From assembly GCA_051530055.1 (NCBI GenBank), contig CM121342.1, positions 4,587,489 to 4,651,488 on the forward strand: a stretch of DNA of 64,000 nucleotides, written 5' to 3'. A model generated the notes under the pieces. That model saw only the letters and a program-made list of their open reading frames with translations, was not told the origin of the DNA and made no database searches. The DNA comes from Neoechinorhynchus agilis. Its lineage: Eukaryota > Animalia > Acanthocephala. Position numbers and translations under genes: made by a program. This document shows, piece after piece, positions 11,165 to 23,189 of this stretch. The first letter of the stretch is position 1; each line of letters starts with the position of its first letter.

Positions 11165-14100
11165 AAATATGGAACTTATATTTAATATCTCTAAATAAGA
11201 CCCGAACTTACAAGCAATCGGCATGTCAACGATTCCACAGCCGTCCCCTCGCTCCACTCGGGACTTAACCATCTCACCAAACCACGATTCGCCGCACCGT
11301 CCACGCCCGACGCTGCGGACACAAACCCCCTCACGAGAGGACCGACGCTGCAAATTCACAAAATCAACTTTGGTCCGAACAACCTGTAGAGAACAAGCGG
11401 CAAACGGAAATTTCAAGTACTCTGGAAGGTGACGCCAACGATGCCCGAGATCCGGTGGTCTCAACACTTACGAAATCGGGAGAATTTTGGACTCGCGGCC
11501 CAAGGGATTCTTGATATGTTGGTTCTGGCCTTTTGCTAGCAAACTCTACTCCTCAGCTCACTGAACCTCGTCAGAACATATAAAACATCGTACGTTGCAC
11601 CCTTCGTTGCTGGAGATCGTGCGCTACCCAGAACCGTTCTGAAGCGGATCCCGAAGGGCGCTCGAGGTAGCGAAGAGGTATTCAGCTGAGCGACTGCCTC
11701 GAGACGAATACCGAAATATCTACGCCTTTTTGCATTCCCGAGACTGGTGTGCTGGAGTTCCATCTGACGTGTCCCTTGTTACCCTCATCCAAAACGGGTG
11801 TCCTCCTTCAACAATTCGTTTGGAAAGGTCCGACGCAAAGCTCGCGTTTTTAGGGGAGATTTTTCAAAGCCACTGACCAGTTCAATGACCCAGAGAATGC
11901 CTTCTAAATTCGCCGATGGTGAAGTTCGGTTCGCATTCTATCGTCCACCAACGAATTCCCAAGAGATGATACGAAAATTCACGAACTTCTCAGAGATAAA
12001 CATCCTCGACCCACTGGTCATCTAGGATATTCGGAGATGATCCCCTCGTGCACCCTGTTAGAATTTTCGGTTGATGTTGTTAAGAAAGCCATTTCTTCGT
12101 TTTCTAATGAGTCAACCGATGGGTTCGACGGCTTCGGCTTCAGCACCTAAAGGACATGATGTCCTTCTCCGTAAGTAATCCATCTCATGTTCTCCTGAAC
12201 GCCTTGACTCGGTTAGTCGGCGTTTTCTCTAGAAACAACCTGTATTCCAAAGCGATCGAATTGTTTTTATGTGCTTCCCTCTGCGCTTTGGAAAAGAAGG
12301 ACGGTGGGATTCGTCCCATCGCGATTGGCTCTACATTGAGACGACTAGCAGGGCAAGTGAATTCTAGGCGAGTATCAGAAGGTGTTGCTGAAATTCTTCG
12401 TCCAGTTCAACTAGGCTGCTGCACACCTTGTGGGAGCGGAAGCCATAGTCCACGCAACTCCGTACATTTGTTATTGGGAAGGTCAATCGTGTTTGATCCT
12501 GAAAGTAGATTTCCGGAACGCCTTCAATTCCGTTAATCGCAACTCGCTCTTAAAAGCTGTCAGAGATCACGCACCGGAAGCTTACGGGTATTTTAGAAAT
12601 TCGTACGGAGCTGCGACCCCTCTTGTATTCAACGATCACACCATTCCTTCCGAAAGAGGCGTTCAACCAGGTGACCCATTAGGTTCCATTGGTTTCGCGC
12701 TCACAGTGAACGAATTAGCGCATTCTCTTGATGCTGAATTCAATGCCTGGTACCTGGACGATGCTACGTTGGGAATCGATCCCCAGGTACTTCTTCATGG
12801 CCTGATGAAAATCAAGATGGGGACAAGCAAGCTGGGCATTGAATTGAACACGCAAAAGACTTAATAAAGCGTGACTTTGAAAGTGTTGCACGCGGGATAG
12901 AAATGATCGACCTTGGCCGGCTTAAGTTTTAGGGCAGTTGCGTCTTTGATAGGAATGCAGAAAACTAAATTAACAGCCTTCTAAAGAAGTTATCGGTGCC
13001 TTGCGATAGGGTCTGTGAGCTTGGATCACACGAGGCTCTGTTCTTGATAAAGAACACCCTCTTCATCTTGAAGTTCCTTTATGCTCTACGCACTGCGCCG
13101 TTTTTCAAGCACAAGGTTCAGCGTGGCAAGCGAGATGACGGATTGAAGGACTGTCTCGAGCAAGTTTTAAATGTCCAGCTGTCAGAAGAGGCATGGCGAC
13201 AAGCATCCTTGCCTGTATCTTCTGGCGGGTTGGGTATCCGGAAAACAGCAGTTATATCCCTGCCCGCATCTTTAGGCACCTATGAGGCAAGCGCAGTTCA
13301 GCGCATTTTGAAAGATGCGTATCGTCTTGTGGCGGCGACTTCTTTCACATGAATGACTGCCAACCGTAAGAAGTTTCCTTTCGCCGTTGACCAATGTGGA
13401 TATAATAATAATAATAATAAATACTTCGTCTTGATTACGTTTCGCCGTTAAATTGGTGACCCCGTCGAGACTGGCCTGGTCAGCGTCCTGACCAGGTCCA
13501 GCTGCCAGTACCACGCCGTCATCATACCGAGGTTCAACTCGGTTGCTCGACATCAGGCCCAGGGAAGCATCGTGACACGCGGACCTCCTTGCTCAACCCA
13601 ACAAGGAAGCAGCGTTCGCCAATGTCACCGATGCCTCGGGACTGGCAGTCGGCGCAGCCCACAAACAACGGAACAAAGACGGCACCTGGCAGTTCTATCC
13701 TTCAGCAGGAAGCTTTACGATGCCGAGACGCGATAAAGCACCTTCAACAAGGTGCTTCAAACATGTCCTGGCACTTGAATCACCGATCCGGTGCTGCCCC
13801 CGGTACCTCCTCTCAAGCAACAGACGACTCGCTGCGGTCGTGGACGAAACGGATTGGTGCGGCGACACCGAGGGGAGGTATGTGGCGGCGACTTCTTTCA
13901 CATGAATGACGGGCAGCCGTAAGAAGTTTCCTTTCGCCGTTGACCAATGTAGAAATAATAATAATAAATACTTCGTCTTGATTACGTGTCGCCGCTAAAG
14001 TCTTGATAGGCATTTTGAAGAGAGAATCAGTGAGTGGTGTAAACTGACCAACTCCGATCAAGTACCTGTGAATGGCCAAAAAAATCTGCGTGGGCCTCTC

Positions 14101-14690
14101 AGCGACGACGTTGCCCGTGCCAGGTTGTCAGCAGTCTCCAGTAGAGAATCAGGTGCTTGGTTGATGTGGGTATTCTCCTCTCGGACGAGGCAGTACCGGT
14201 CGGAGTTTCAATGAGACTGGGACTACCGATGTGCCATCCCCCACCGTTGCCGCTGCGGTGCAAATGTGGATTCGTCGGGACGTTATGGTCTCATCTGTAG
14301 AAAATCAGCCGGCAGATTCGCAGCCGAAATTAACATGGTGCTGAGCCGGGCACTTGTAACGCGGTAAATACCCCCAATATTTTGTAACCTGTCAACCTCT
14401 GTAAGGACGACGGGCGTAGACCTGATGGGGTGACCGCATTTCCGGGGCGGGAGGGTAAATGCCTCCTCTGGGACGCCACTTGTGTCGATATACTCGCGGC
14501 CAGCAATCTCAAGTTCTCGCGGAAGGACGGAAAACGACGAAATACCCCGATTTAGCCCATGATTTTGTGCCTTTTGGGGTTGAGACCTACTGATCTCTTG
14601 GTAGCGAGGCTCTTCAATTTGTGAAGGATCTGAAGCGACGCCTTCAGGTTACAACCGGCGATGGACAGCTAGGCATATAACAGTTTGTGA
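11165..14690 (+). mobile_element. Degenerate near-full-length CRE-like non-LTR retrotransposon (RT, CCHC finger, restriction-like endonuclease)
   Basis: Frameshifted fragments: VLKRIPKGAR, GGIRPIAIGSTLRRL, GAEAIVHA, LKVDFRNAFNSV, GVQPGDPLG, WYLDDATLG, QASLPVSSGGLGIR, CHPHRCRCG...[13 protein letters not shown]...[19 protein letters not shown]. Contains stops and frameshifts; the 3' end is truncated at a satellite. Confidence 0.88.
13328..13999 (+). mobile_element. TRIM-like miniature LTR retrotransposon (Ty3/gypsy-derived) nested in the CRE-like element
   Basis: LTRs at 13328-13452 and 13881-13999 start TGTGGCGGCG and end TCGCCG(T/C)TAAA. PBS TGGTGACCCCG at 13454-13464 matches the tRNA-Trp 3' end. 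PPT GAGGGGAGG precedes LTR2. 4-bp TSD GTCT at 13324-13327 and 14000-14003. Internal RNase H relic: LLAQPNKEAAFANVTDASGLAVGAA...AETR*STF. Confidence 0.85.
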
Positions 14691-14709
14691 GCGAGCGCTA
14701 AAATAACTA

Positions 14710-16258
14710 CAAATTTGTTTCAACTGAAAAAAGAATTTTGGCTTCTGCCGATAAAGGAATTTAGAGTTTTTAGAAAAAGAATCGTAGATTTCTGACGAAT
14801 ATTTAATCTGTGCACCGAAATTCCATTCGAAAATCTTGCAAAAAGAAATACAAAAAGGCTCGATCCTTTGCTCCGCGCTTTTTATTATCGGCATTGAGGC
14901 AATTAGTTCCGTCAGGTCTTTTTTGTTTGTTTCAACTGAAAAAAGAATTTTGGCTTCTGCCGATAAAGGAATCTAGAGTTTTTAGAAAAAGAATCGTAGA
15001 TTTCTGACGAATATTGAATCTGTGCACCGAAATTCCATTCGAAAATCTTGCAAAAAGAAATACAAAAAGGCTCGATCCTTTGCTCCGCGCTTTTTATTAT
15101 CGGCATTGAGGCAATTGGTTCCGTCAGGTCTTTTTTGTTTGTTTCAACTGAAAAAAGAATTTTGGCTTCTGCCGATAAAGGAATTTAGAGTTTTTAGAAA
15201 AAGAATCGTAGATTTCTGACGAATATTTAATCTGTGCACCGAAATTCCATTCGAAAATCTTGCAAAAAGAAATACAAAAAGGCTCGATCCTTTGCTCCGC
15301 GCTTTTTATTATCGGCATTGAGGCAATTAGTTCCGTCAGGTCTTTTTTGTTTGTTTCAACTGAAAAAAGAATTTTGGCTTCTGCCGATAAAGGAATTTAG
15401 AGTTTTTAGAAAAAGAATCGTAGATTTCTGACGAATATTTAATCTGTGCCCGAAATTCCATTCGAAAATCTTGAAAAAGAAATACAAAAAGGCTCGATCC
15501 TTTGCTCCGCGCTTTTTATTATCGGATTGAGGCAATTGGTTCCGTCAGGTCTTTTTTGTTTGTTTCAACTGAAAAAAGAATTTTGGCTTCTGCCGATAAA
15601 GGAATTTAGAGTTTTTAGAAAAAGAATCGTAGATTTCTGACGAATATTTAATCTGTGCCCGAAATTCCATTCGAAAATCTTGCAAAAAGAAATACAAAAG
15701 GCTGTTTTGTGGTTTTTATTTAGAGTTTTAGAAAAAGAATCGTAGATTTCACGAATATTAATCTGTGCCGAAATTCCATTCGAAAATCTTGCAGTGGTGT
15801 TTTGTGGTTTTTTGGTTGGGTTGTTGTGTTTTTTGTTTGTTTCTGAAAAAGAATTTTGGCTTCTGCCGATAAGGAATGTTTTTGTGGTTTATTGAGGCAA
15901 TTGTTCCGTCAGGTCTTTTTGTTTGTTTCAACTGAAAAAAGAATTTTGGCTTCTGCCGATAAAGGAATTTAGAGTTTTTAGAAAAAGAATCGTAGATTTC
16001 TGACGAATATTTAATCTGTGCCCGAAATTCCATTCGAAAATCTTGCAAAAAGAAATACAAAAAGGCTCGATCCTTTGCTCCGCGCTTTTTATTATCGGGA
16101 TTGAGGCAATTGGTTCCGTCAGGTCTTTTTTGTTTGTTTCAACTGAAAAAAGAATTTTGGCTTCTGCCGATAAAGGAATTTAGAGTTTTTAGAAAAAGAA
16201 TCGTAGATTTCTGACGAATATTTAATCTGTGCGCCGAAATTCCATTCGAAAATCTTGC
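14710..16258. repeat. Tandem array, 212-bp unit, about 7.3 copies
   Basis: atcgtagatt recurs at 14781, 14993 and onward. Copies are near-identical except for a garbled stretch at about 15690-15900. Confidence 0.95.
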
Positions 16259-16324
16259 AGACTAAAGAGTCCCAGGACGAAATGCTCGTTGCTATGCAAC
16301 AGCCATCCATGATATTGGCCTAAA

Positions 16325-16843
16325 ATGTTTGGTTGCCAAAGTATATTTTTTGATTTTAATATGTTTGACAAGATATTCGGAGGACGTTCGGATAAACTGT
16401 TGTTAACGGACCGTCAGCAAATTCTGATTAGTCAAGCGAAAGTGGATCATTTGAAAAGCCGATTGAAGACTCGCAAAGCACTGTCAGAGGATGAAACGAA
16501 GCGAATCCAAGAACTCGATAAACGTGCCGCGATGCTCAATATTTCGACTAACAAAGTCAGGGATGTTGCTTACGACGTAAAACAAAGACAAAAGAAGAGA
16601 GGATACTTTTGGTGCTTGATTCTTTTCCTTGTTTTCGTAGTTCTGTTCCTTGGAGTTTGGGCGACAATCTATTCCCTGAATTATTTCGGTTTGTTGACTA
16701 GATGGAAAGACAGGATTAATTTACAGCTAATTAAAGAAGCGGATGGACTCATTTCTCAGAGGAATGTGGCGACTAAAAATGTCGAATTGACTACCTCGGT
16801 TCAACTAAAAGAACACCGAATGTTAACAACCTCGATTTTTTAA
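16325..16843 (+). CDS. Divergent synaptobrevin/R-SNARE-like membrane protein
   Basis: IQELDKRAAMLNISTNKVRDVAYDVKQRQKKRGYFWCLILFLVFVVLFLGVWA resembles the VAMP SNARE C-half, basic juxtamembrane segment and TM helix. Confidence 0.5.
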   Translation: MFGCQSIFFDFNMFDKIFGGRSDKLLLTDRQQILISQAKVDHLKSRLKTRKALSEDETKRIQELDKRAAMLNISTNKVRDVAYDVKQRQKKRGYFWCLILFLVFVVLFLGVWATIYSLNYFGLLTRWKDRINLQLIKEADGLISQRNVATKNVELTTSVQLKEHRMLTTSIF

Positions 16844-17461
16844 AAAAATCCACGTTTCAATTTTGTTTGTCCAGCAATTTTTTAGTTTGCAGCCTAAACT
16901 CACAGGATCCACCAAAACCAAGAGCCACTTTATATCAAGGATATACCGATCAGTAGTTAACATAACGACTTTTTATTGGTCCCAATGCTGGCCAATCACC
17001 AAGCGTGATAAGAAACTGACCAAAAAAATCATTTTAATTTCTTCGTCAGAAAACAAACAATATGAATAATTTAAACGATTTGTCAACAATAAAAGTCTAA
17101 ACGGAAAGTTTAAACTCGCTCATTGTGCAAATCAAGATTATTTGATTCACTACTATTGACAGAATAATTATTTCTTTTTGGGAATATCTTAATAAAACGC
17201 TTTTCTCTATGCGGACGTCTCCAACACAACTTTAACTCAATCGTTTTTGCACGATTTTCCGGTTGATTAAAAATGTTTTAAAATCGTCAAATGACGGTCG
17301 TAATATGATTGGTCAGAATTCAATTAAATAAAGATAACCACCAATAACCACCCGTTCTCTTTCTACTGCTAATTTTTATGAGCAGCTCTCGAAATATGCG
17401 CATATCGACAACCGAAATTCTGCGCATTTAAGTCTTCTTCTTCTTGACTACTCTTTTTAAA

Positions 17462-18082
17462 TCATGAACTGTATTTGCATTGTAGTTGATAATTTTTGTT
17501 CTGATTATTATCCCAGACTTCGATGCCACTGGTGTTTTTGTAAGCGACAGCAAACTCGATTATCCTGAGTCTATGTGACCAAGGTGTGAAGTCGCAGAAA
17601 AACGAAAAACTGTCAGTGTTGTCTCCGTTGTGATGATGAGAATACATGGCGCAAACGTCTTGATGAGTTTTCCAGTCATTAACAGTAAAACGAATAAAAA
17701 TAGTTTTCTCGAATTCTAAGTTAAGAACTCGAACGGATCCAAAGAGGCAAAGATGGTTTGAAAACGCGTATTCCAACGATACAATTTGGTCCCGAACACG
17801 GTCTATGAAATGTAGACTAGCGTTTGGCTGGTCGTAAAGTGGAGTTAGGATTTTCCTATTCCGTTGACCTGTAAATAAAACCTTCATTTTTTCGTTAACT
17901 CCAGAAAACGGACTCATGAGCGGTGTTAGACAATGAAGCGAGCTCGATGGTGGAGTTAAGTATTTGATGTTTTCAAGTTGAAATCCACGTGTATCTGCGA
18001 ATGTGACCTTATAGATCCCAGAATTCCGTTTCGTTATACCATTTGTAGAACTTGATTTTCTTGCCAAACACGATCTACGCTA
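17462..18082 (-). CDS. Protein phosphatase 1 glycogen-targeting regulatory subunit (PPP1R3 family, CBM21); 5' exon not identified
   Basis: RVxF motif KVTFADTRGFQL, and CBM21 motifs GSVRVLNLEFEKTIFIRFTVNDWKT, DSFSF, IEFAVAY and WDNNQNKNY. No ATG; opens at an acceptor (ctcaatag|CGT AGA TCG). Confidence 0.88.
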
Positions 18083-18260
18083 TTGAGTTCTGAAGTCAAT
18101 TAATGGAAAATCTTTCAACAAAACTAAAAATTAGTCGGTCCCTCAGGTGGTTCGATATTGGAATTATTGTTTAGAAGTCTTCATAATTTCTTTTTCTCTA
18201 AGAATCGTAAGAGCATAAATCTTTTTCCCCAACTAATTTTTTGTTTACTTCAGGACTAAA

Positions 18261-18770
18261 TTAGATATATGTTGAGCAGGTACTAGAGTTATCGTCTAAA
18301 TTGTTTCTACAGGGCAGGGTTAAGGTATCGAGAGTTCGTTGATCAGCAATGCATGGATCTGCAAACGCTTCACTATTGAACGCCATAACTGGTTCCTCCC
18401 TTTTTCGTTCAACATCATCGGTCCTTGAGACGAGCCCCGCATCGTCCGGTTGATCAGATTCGTCCATTATAATCGTGCTTAGATCATCATTATCTCCATA
18501 GTCCTGTAGGATCTCGGGAGGTTCAAACTCATCGAAGGTGCTGCCCATACACTCACTGAACGAGAACTCATCATCTTCGCTCTGTTCACTATCAGGAGCC
18601 ATACTCGAACGGTCGCTGGATCCCGTGGAACCAAATTGTTGTTGTTGTTGATCAGATGAAGTAGCTGAGTCGAGCGTTAAATTAGTTTGGTTTTCCGTTG
18701 AGTTTACAAGTATAAGAGGTCCGTCTTCGGTGGGTTTGGAGGAATTGGATGGCGGTGTACCCGTTTGCAT
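18261..18770 (-). CDS. Acidic, Ser-rich low-complexity ORF (169 aa); possibly the N-terminal exon of the PPP1R3 gene
   Basis: ATG-initiated ORF preceded by a tttttcag acceptor-like site. It lies on the same strand about 180 nt upstream of the ATG-less CBM21 exon. No domain recognised. Confidence 0.45.
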   Translation of the reverse strand: MQTGTPPSNSSKPTEDGPLILVNSTENQTNLTLDSATSSDQQQQQFGSTGSSDRSSMAPDSEQSEDDEFSFSECMGSTFDEFEPPEILQDYGDNDDLSTIIMDESDQPDDAGLVSRTDDVERKREEPVMAFNSEAFADPCIADQRTLDTLTLPCRNNLDDNSSTCSTYI

Positions 18771-19479
18771 GCTTACACGATCTGAAAAATCCCGGACTTT
18801 CCATAGATATTAGACGGGGAAAACCAGCATTTTTGCTTGGAAAAAGTGATCTAGACAAATGTGAAGATTGGAGTACTTATCTGAGAAACGCTCTTTTTAC
18901 GTGCCCTTCTTAAAGGGCGGTTAAAATTTGACAATTTGACACAAGGAGATTATGGGAGTAATTTTAAGGGTGTGTGTTGGACGAGGGAATATTTACGGAT
19001 TGCGTATTCTCTCACTTAGAGTCAACACTTTCCACGATTGCAAAGTAAACACGATTGTTATTGACCTCTCACTTTCTCATGGGGAGCGCTGAGTTGTTAA
19101 CAACGTCTTTTTTTATGAACGATGATCGTTGAGAAGGTGTCTGCTCCCTTTTTTTGAAGAAAACTACGCCTTATCCTTTGTGTGTCGCGTTTTATAGAGC
19201 GGATTTGGGTTCTCTGTCTCTCGAATGGCGCTTCTGACCCACCCACCGCCGCCGATGTTCATTTAAGAGACGAACACTGACACACACAACCAGGAATACA
19301 CTTATGATAATCATCATCCAAGGAGTGCAGGTGCCGCGTAGTTCTTCGAAGGGAACAACACGAATAGTCAGGTGAAACATCTGCTGCAGTTGTTCATAAG
19401 AAGGAGGAAATTGAACACCGGGACAGTTGTATGGACCGGGAAAATCCTAAACATACTACTTTTCCTTTTAATTTGTTTC

Positions 19480-22430
19480 GATTTCCAACATTCAAACCTT
19501 TTTTCCATAGAAAGTTTGCACAAAATCTGTAATTTATGTTTTTTTTCAATTTTGTTTTCCAACATTCAAACCTTTTTTTTCTATAGAAAGTTTACACAAA
19601 ATCTGTAATTTTATGTTTTTTTTCAATTTTGTTTTCCAACATTCAAAACCCTTTTTTTCTATAGAAAGTTTACACAAAATCTGTAATTTATTTCAATTTT
19701 GTTTTCCAACATTCAAAACCTTTTTTTTCTATAGAAAGTTTACACAAAATCTGTAATTTATGTTTTTTTTCAAATTTGTTTTCCAACATTCAAAACCTTT
19801 TTTTCTATAGAAAGTTTACACAAAATCTGTAATTTATGTTTTTTTTCAATTTTGTTTTCCAACATTCAAAACCTTTTTTTCTATAGAAAGTTTACACAAA
19901 ATCTGTAATTTATGTTTTTTTTCAATTTTGTTTTTTTCCAACATTCAAAACCTTTTTTTCTATAGAAAGTTTACACAAAATCTGTAATTTTATGGTTTTT
20001 TTATTTCTTTGTTTCCAACATTCAAAACCTTTTTTTTCTATAGAAACTTTACACAAAATCTGTAATTTATGTTTTTTTTCAATTTTGTTTTCCAACATTC
20101 AAAACCCTTTTTTTCTATAGAAAGTTTACACAAAATCTGTATTTTTATGTTTTTTTCAATTTTGTTTTCCAACATTCAAAACCTTTTTTTATCTATAGAA
20201 AGTTTACACAAAATCTGTAATTTTATGTTTTTTTTCAATTTTGTTTTGATTTCCAACATTCAAAACCTTTTTTTCTATAGAAAGTTTACACAAAATCTGT
20301 AATTTTATGGCTTTTAAAATTTATTTCTTTAGTTTCCAACATTCAAAACCTTCTTTTTCTGTAGAAATTTTACACAAAATCTGTAATTTTATGTCTTTTA
20401 AAATTTATTTCTTTAGTTTCCAACGTTCCAAACCTTCTTTTTCTGTAGAAATTTTACATACATTCGGTAATTTTATGTCTTTCAAATTTTATTTCTTTAG
20501 TTTCCAAACGTTCCATACCTTCTTTTTCTGTAGAAATTTTACATAAAATCTGTAATTTTATGTCTTTTAAAATTTTGTTTTCCAACATTCAAAACCCTTT
20601 TTTTCTATAGAAAGTTTACACAAAATCTGTAATTTATGTTTTTTTTCAATTTTGTTTTCCAACATTCAAAACCTTTTTTTTCTATAGAAATTTAACATAA
20701 AATCTGTAATTTTATGTTTTTTTTCAATTTTGTTTTCCAACATTCAAAACCCTTTTTTTTTCTATAGAAACTTTACACAAAATCTGTAATTATGTTTTTT
20801 TCAATTTTGTTTTGATTTCCAACATTCAAAACCTTTTTTTTCTATAGAAAGTTTACACAAAATCTGTAATTTTATGTTTTTTTCAATTTTGTTTTCCAAC
20901 ATTCAAAACCCTTTTTTTCTATAGAAACTTTACACAAAATCTGTAATTTATGTTTTTTTTCAATTTTGTTTTGATTTCCAACATTCAAACCTTTTTTTCT
21001 ATAGAAAGTTTACACAAAATCTGTAATTTTGTTTTTTTTTCAATTTTGTTTTGATTTCCAACATTCAAAACCTTTTTTTCTATAGAAAGTTTACACAAAA
21101 TCTGTAATTTTATGGCTTTTAAAATTTATTTCTTTAGTTTCCAACATTCAAAACCTTCTTTTTCTGTAGAAATTTTACACAAAATCTGTAATTTTATGTC
21201 CTTTGAAATTTATTTCTTTAGTTTCCAACGTTCCAAACCTTCTTCTTCTTCTGTAGAAAGTTTACACAAAATCTGTAATTTTATGGCTTTTAAAATTTAT
21301 TTCTTTAGTTTCCAACGTTCCAAACCTTCTTTTTCTGTAGAAATTTTACATACATTCTGTAACTTTATGTCTTTCAAATTTTATTTCTTTAGTTTCCAAA
21401 CGTTCCATACCTTCTTTTTCTGTAGAAATTTTACATAAAATCTGTAATTTTATGTCTTTTAAAATTTTGTTTTACTTTCCAACATTCAAAACCTTTTTTT
21501 TATAGAAATTTAACACAAAATCTGTAATTTTGTGCCTTTTAAACTTTATTCTTATAATTTCCAAGTTCTCTAATTTAAGGAATAATTTGTAACTTTATGG
21601 CTTATAAAACTTTATAAAGATTATTTTTTTAATAGATCGAAGATTGCAAACTTTTTCTCCAGTTTAACACAAAATCTAACTTTATGGCTTTTAAAACTTT
21701 ATTTTTATGAATAGATCCAAGATTGCAAACCTTCGATCTCCAATTTAACACAAAATCCGTAACTTTATAGCTTTTAAAACTTAATTTTTACAAGCAATTT
21801 CCAAAATGGCAAACCTTTTCCCTCTCTCCAATTTAACACAAAATCCGTAACTTTATAGCTTTTAAAACTTTATTTTTATGAATAGATCCAAAATGGCAAA
21901 CCTTTTCCCTCTCTCTCCAATTTAACACAAAATCCGCAACTTTATGGCTTTTAAAACTTTATTTTTATGAATAGATCCAAAATGGCAAACCTTTTCCCTC
22001 TCTCCAATTTAACACAAAATCCGTAACTTTATAGCTTTTAAAACTTTATTTTTATGAATAGATCCAAAATGGCAAACCTTTTCCCTCTCTCCAATTTAAC
22101 ACAAAATCCGTAACTTTATAGCTTTTAAAACTTTATTTTTATGAATAGATCCAAAATGGCAAACCTTTTCCCTCTCTCCAATTTAACACAAAATCCGTAA
22201 CTTTATAGCTTTTAAAACTTTATTTTTATGAATAGATCCAAAATGGCAAACCTTTTCCCTCTCTCCAATTTAACACAAAATCCGTAACTTTATTTTGTTT
22301 TTTTTTTTTATTTTTATGAATAGATCCAAAATGGCAAACCTTTTCCCTCTCTCCAATTTAACACAAAATCCGTAACTTTATGGCTTTTAAAACTTTATTT
22401 TACAAACAATTTCCAAGATTGCAAACCTTC
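19480..22430. repeat. Composite AT-rich satellite with related units of about 76, 84 and 87 bp
   Basis: 76-bp unit (tacacaaaat at 19741 and 19817). An about 84-bp variant forms blocks near 20290-20560 and 21100-21480. 87-bp unit (ccgtaac at 22021 and 22108). All share acacaaaatc(t/c)gtaa(t/c)ttta. Confidence 0.93.
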
Positions 22431-23189
22431 TTCTTTTTTTTAGTTTTCAAAAATCGCCACTTTGTGTTCAAATTCTCAATTGTCTCGCTACTTTCGCCAT
22501 CCGACAAAAAGAAGGTAGAGGCACCACGACTCCTTGAAAAAATTTCGTTTTAAAAATGAGACATCACAAATAAGAACGTATTTTCAAAACTAATTGGAAC
22601 TTTTCGATAAAAAAGAAGTTTGGTGGCGTTTTGGCGTCGGCGTTTGGATGACTCACCTTAGACGGCGTGTGGATTGTATGATTAAAATTAAACTTTTTTT
22701 TCACCTGACAAGCACGAAAAATTCTTTTAACGTGTGTTAGTTTGATGGTTATTGCGGCGTTGTACCAACAGCTACGAAAAAAATAGGTGAAGGGGAGCGA
22801 TGAGTTTTGTCGTGTGGATATGCATCTCCTCGCATAATGGCGCAACCATTTTTCGTGATAAAAAAAGAATTTCGAGATGATCATTGTAAATCATTTTTGT
22901 TTAGAAAGTCAACAAAGGAACCATTCATCAAAAAAAGAAAACAACTTTTCGTCTTATCGATAATCCGTTGAGGATATTTTTTAAAGCCTTTGAGATAATG
23001 AAGAGATAAACAGGACAAATGATCTCTTAAGAACTAGCAGACCAAAATGGTTCTCTGTTAACCAGAAATGTCTGAGATAAAAAAAACAAGGGAATTGGAA
23101 CAATTATTTTTGTTTCTGTTCTTAGCAACGAAAATGTTAGAAGACAAATTATTGAACGGCGAATAAACTGAGTTTGATCAAATGCCATG

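Noticed and set aside
10690-16000. G/T-rich garbled patches (about 10690-10720, 11035-11055, 15700-15900; similar T-run patches at 22290 and 48100) as biological inserts
   Set aside because: They replace part of a repeat unit with low-complexity sequence of similar length, typical of poor long-read consensus.
14649-16310. Repeated 64-65 aa ORFs in the 212-bp array; similar short ORFs in the 76-, 92-, 168- and 236-bp arrays
   Set aside because: Translation products of satellite units with no coding bias or domain.
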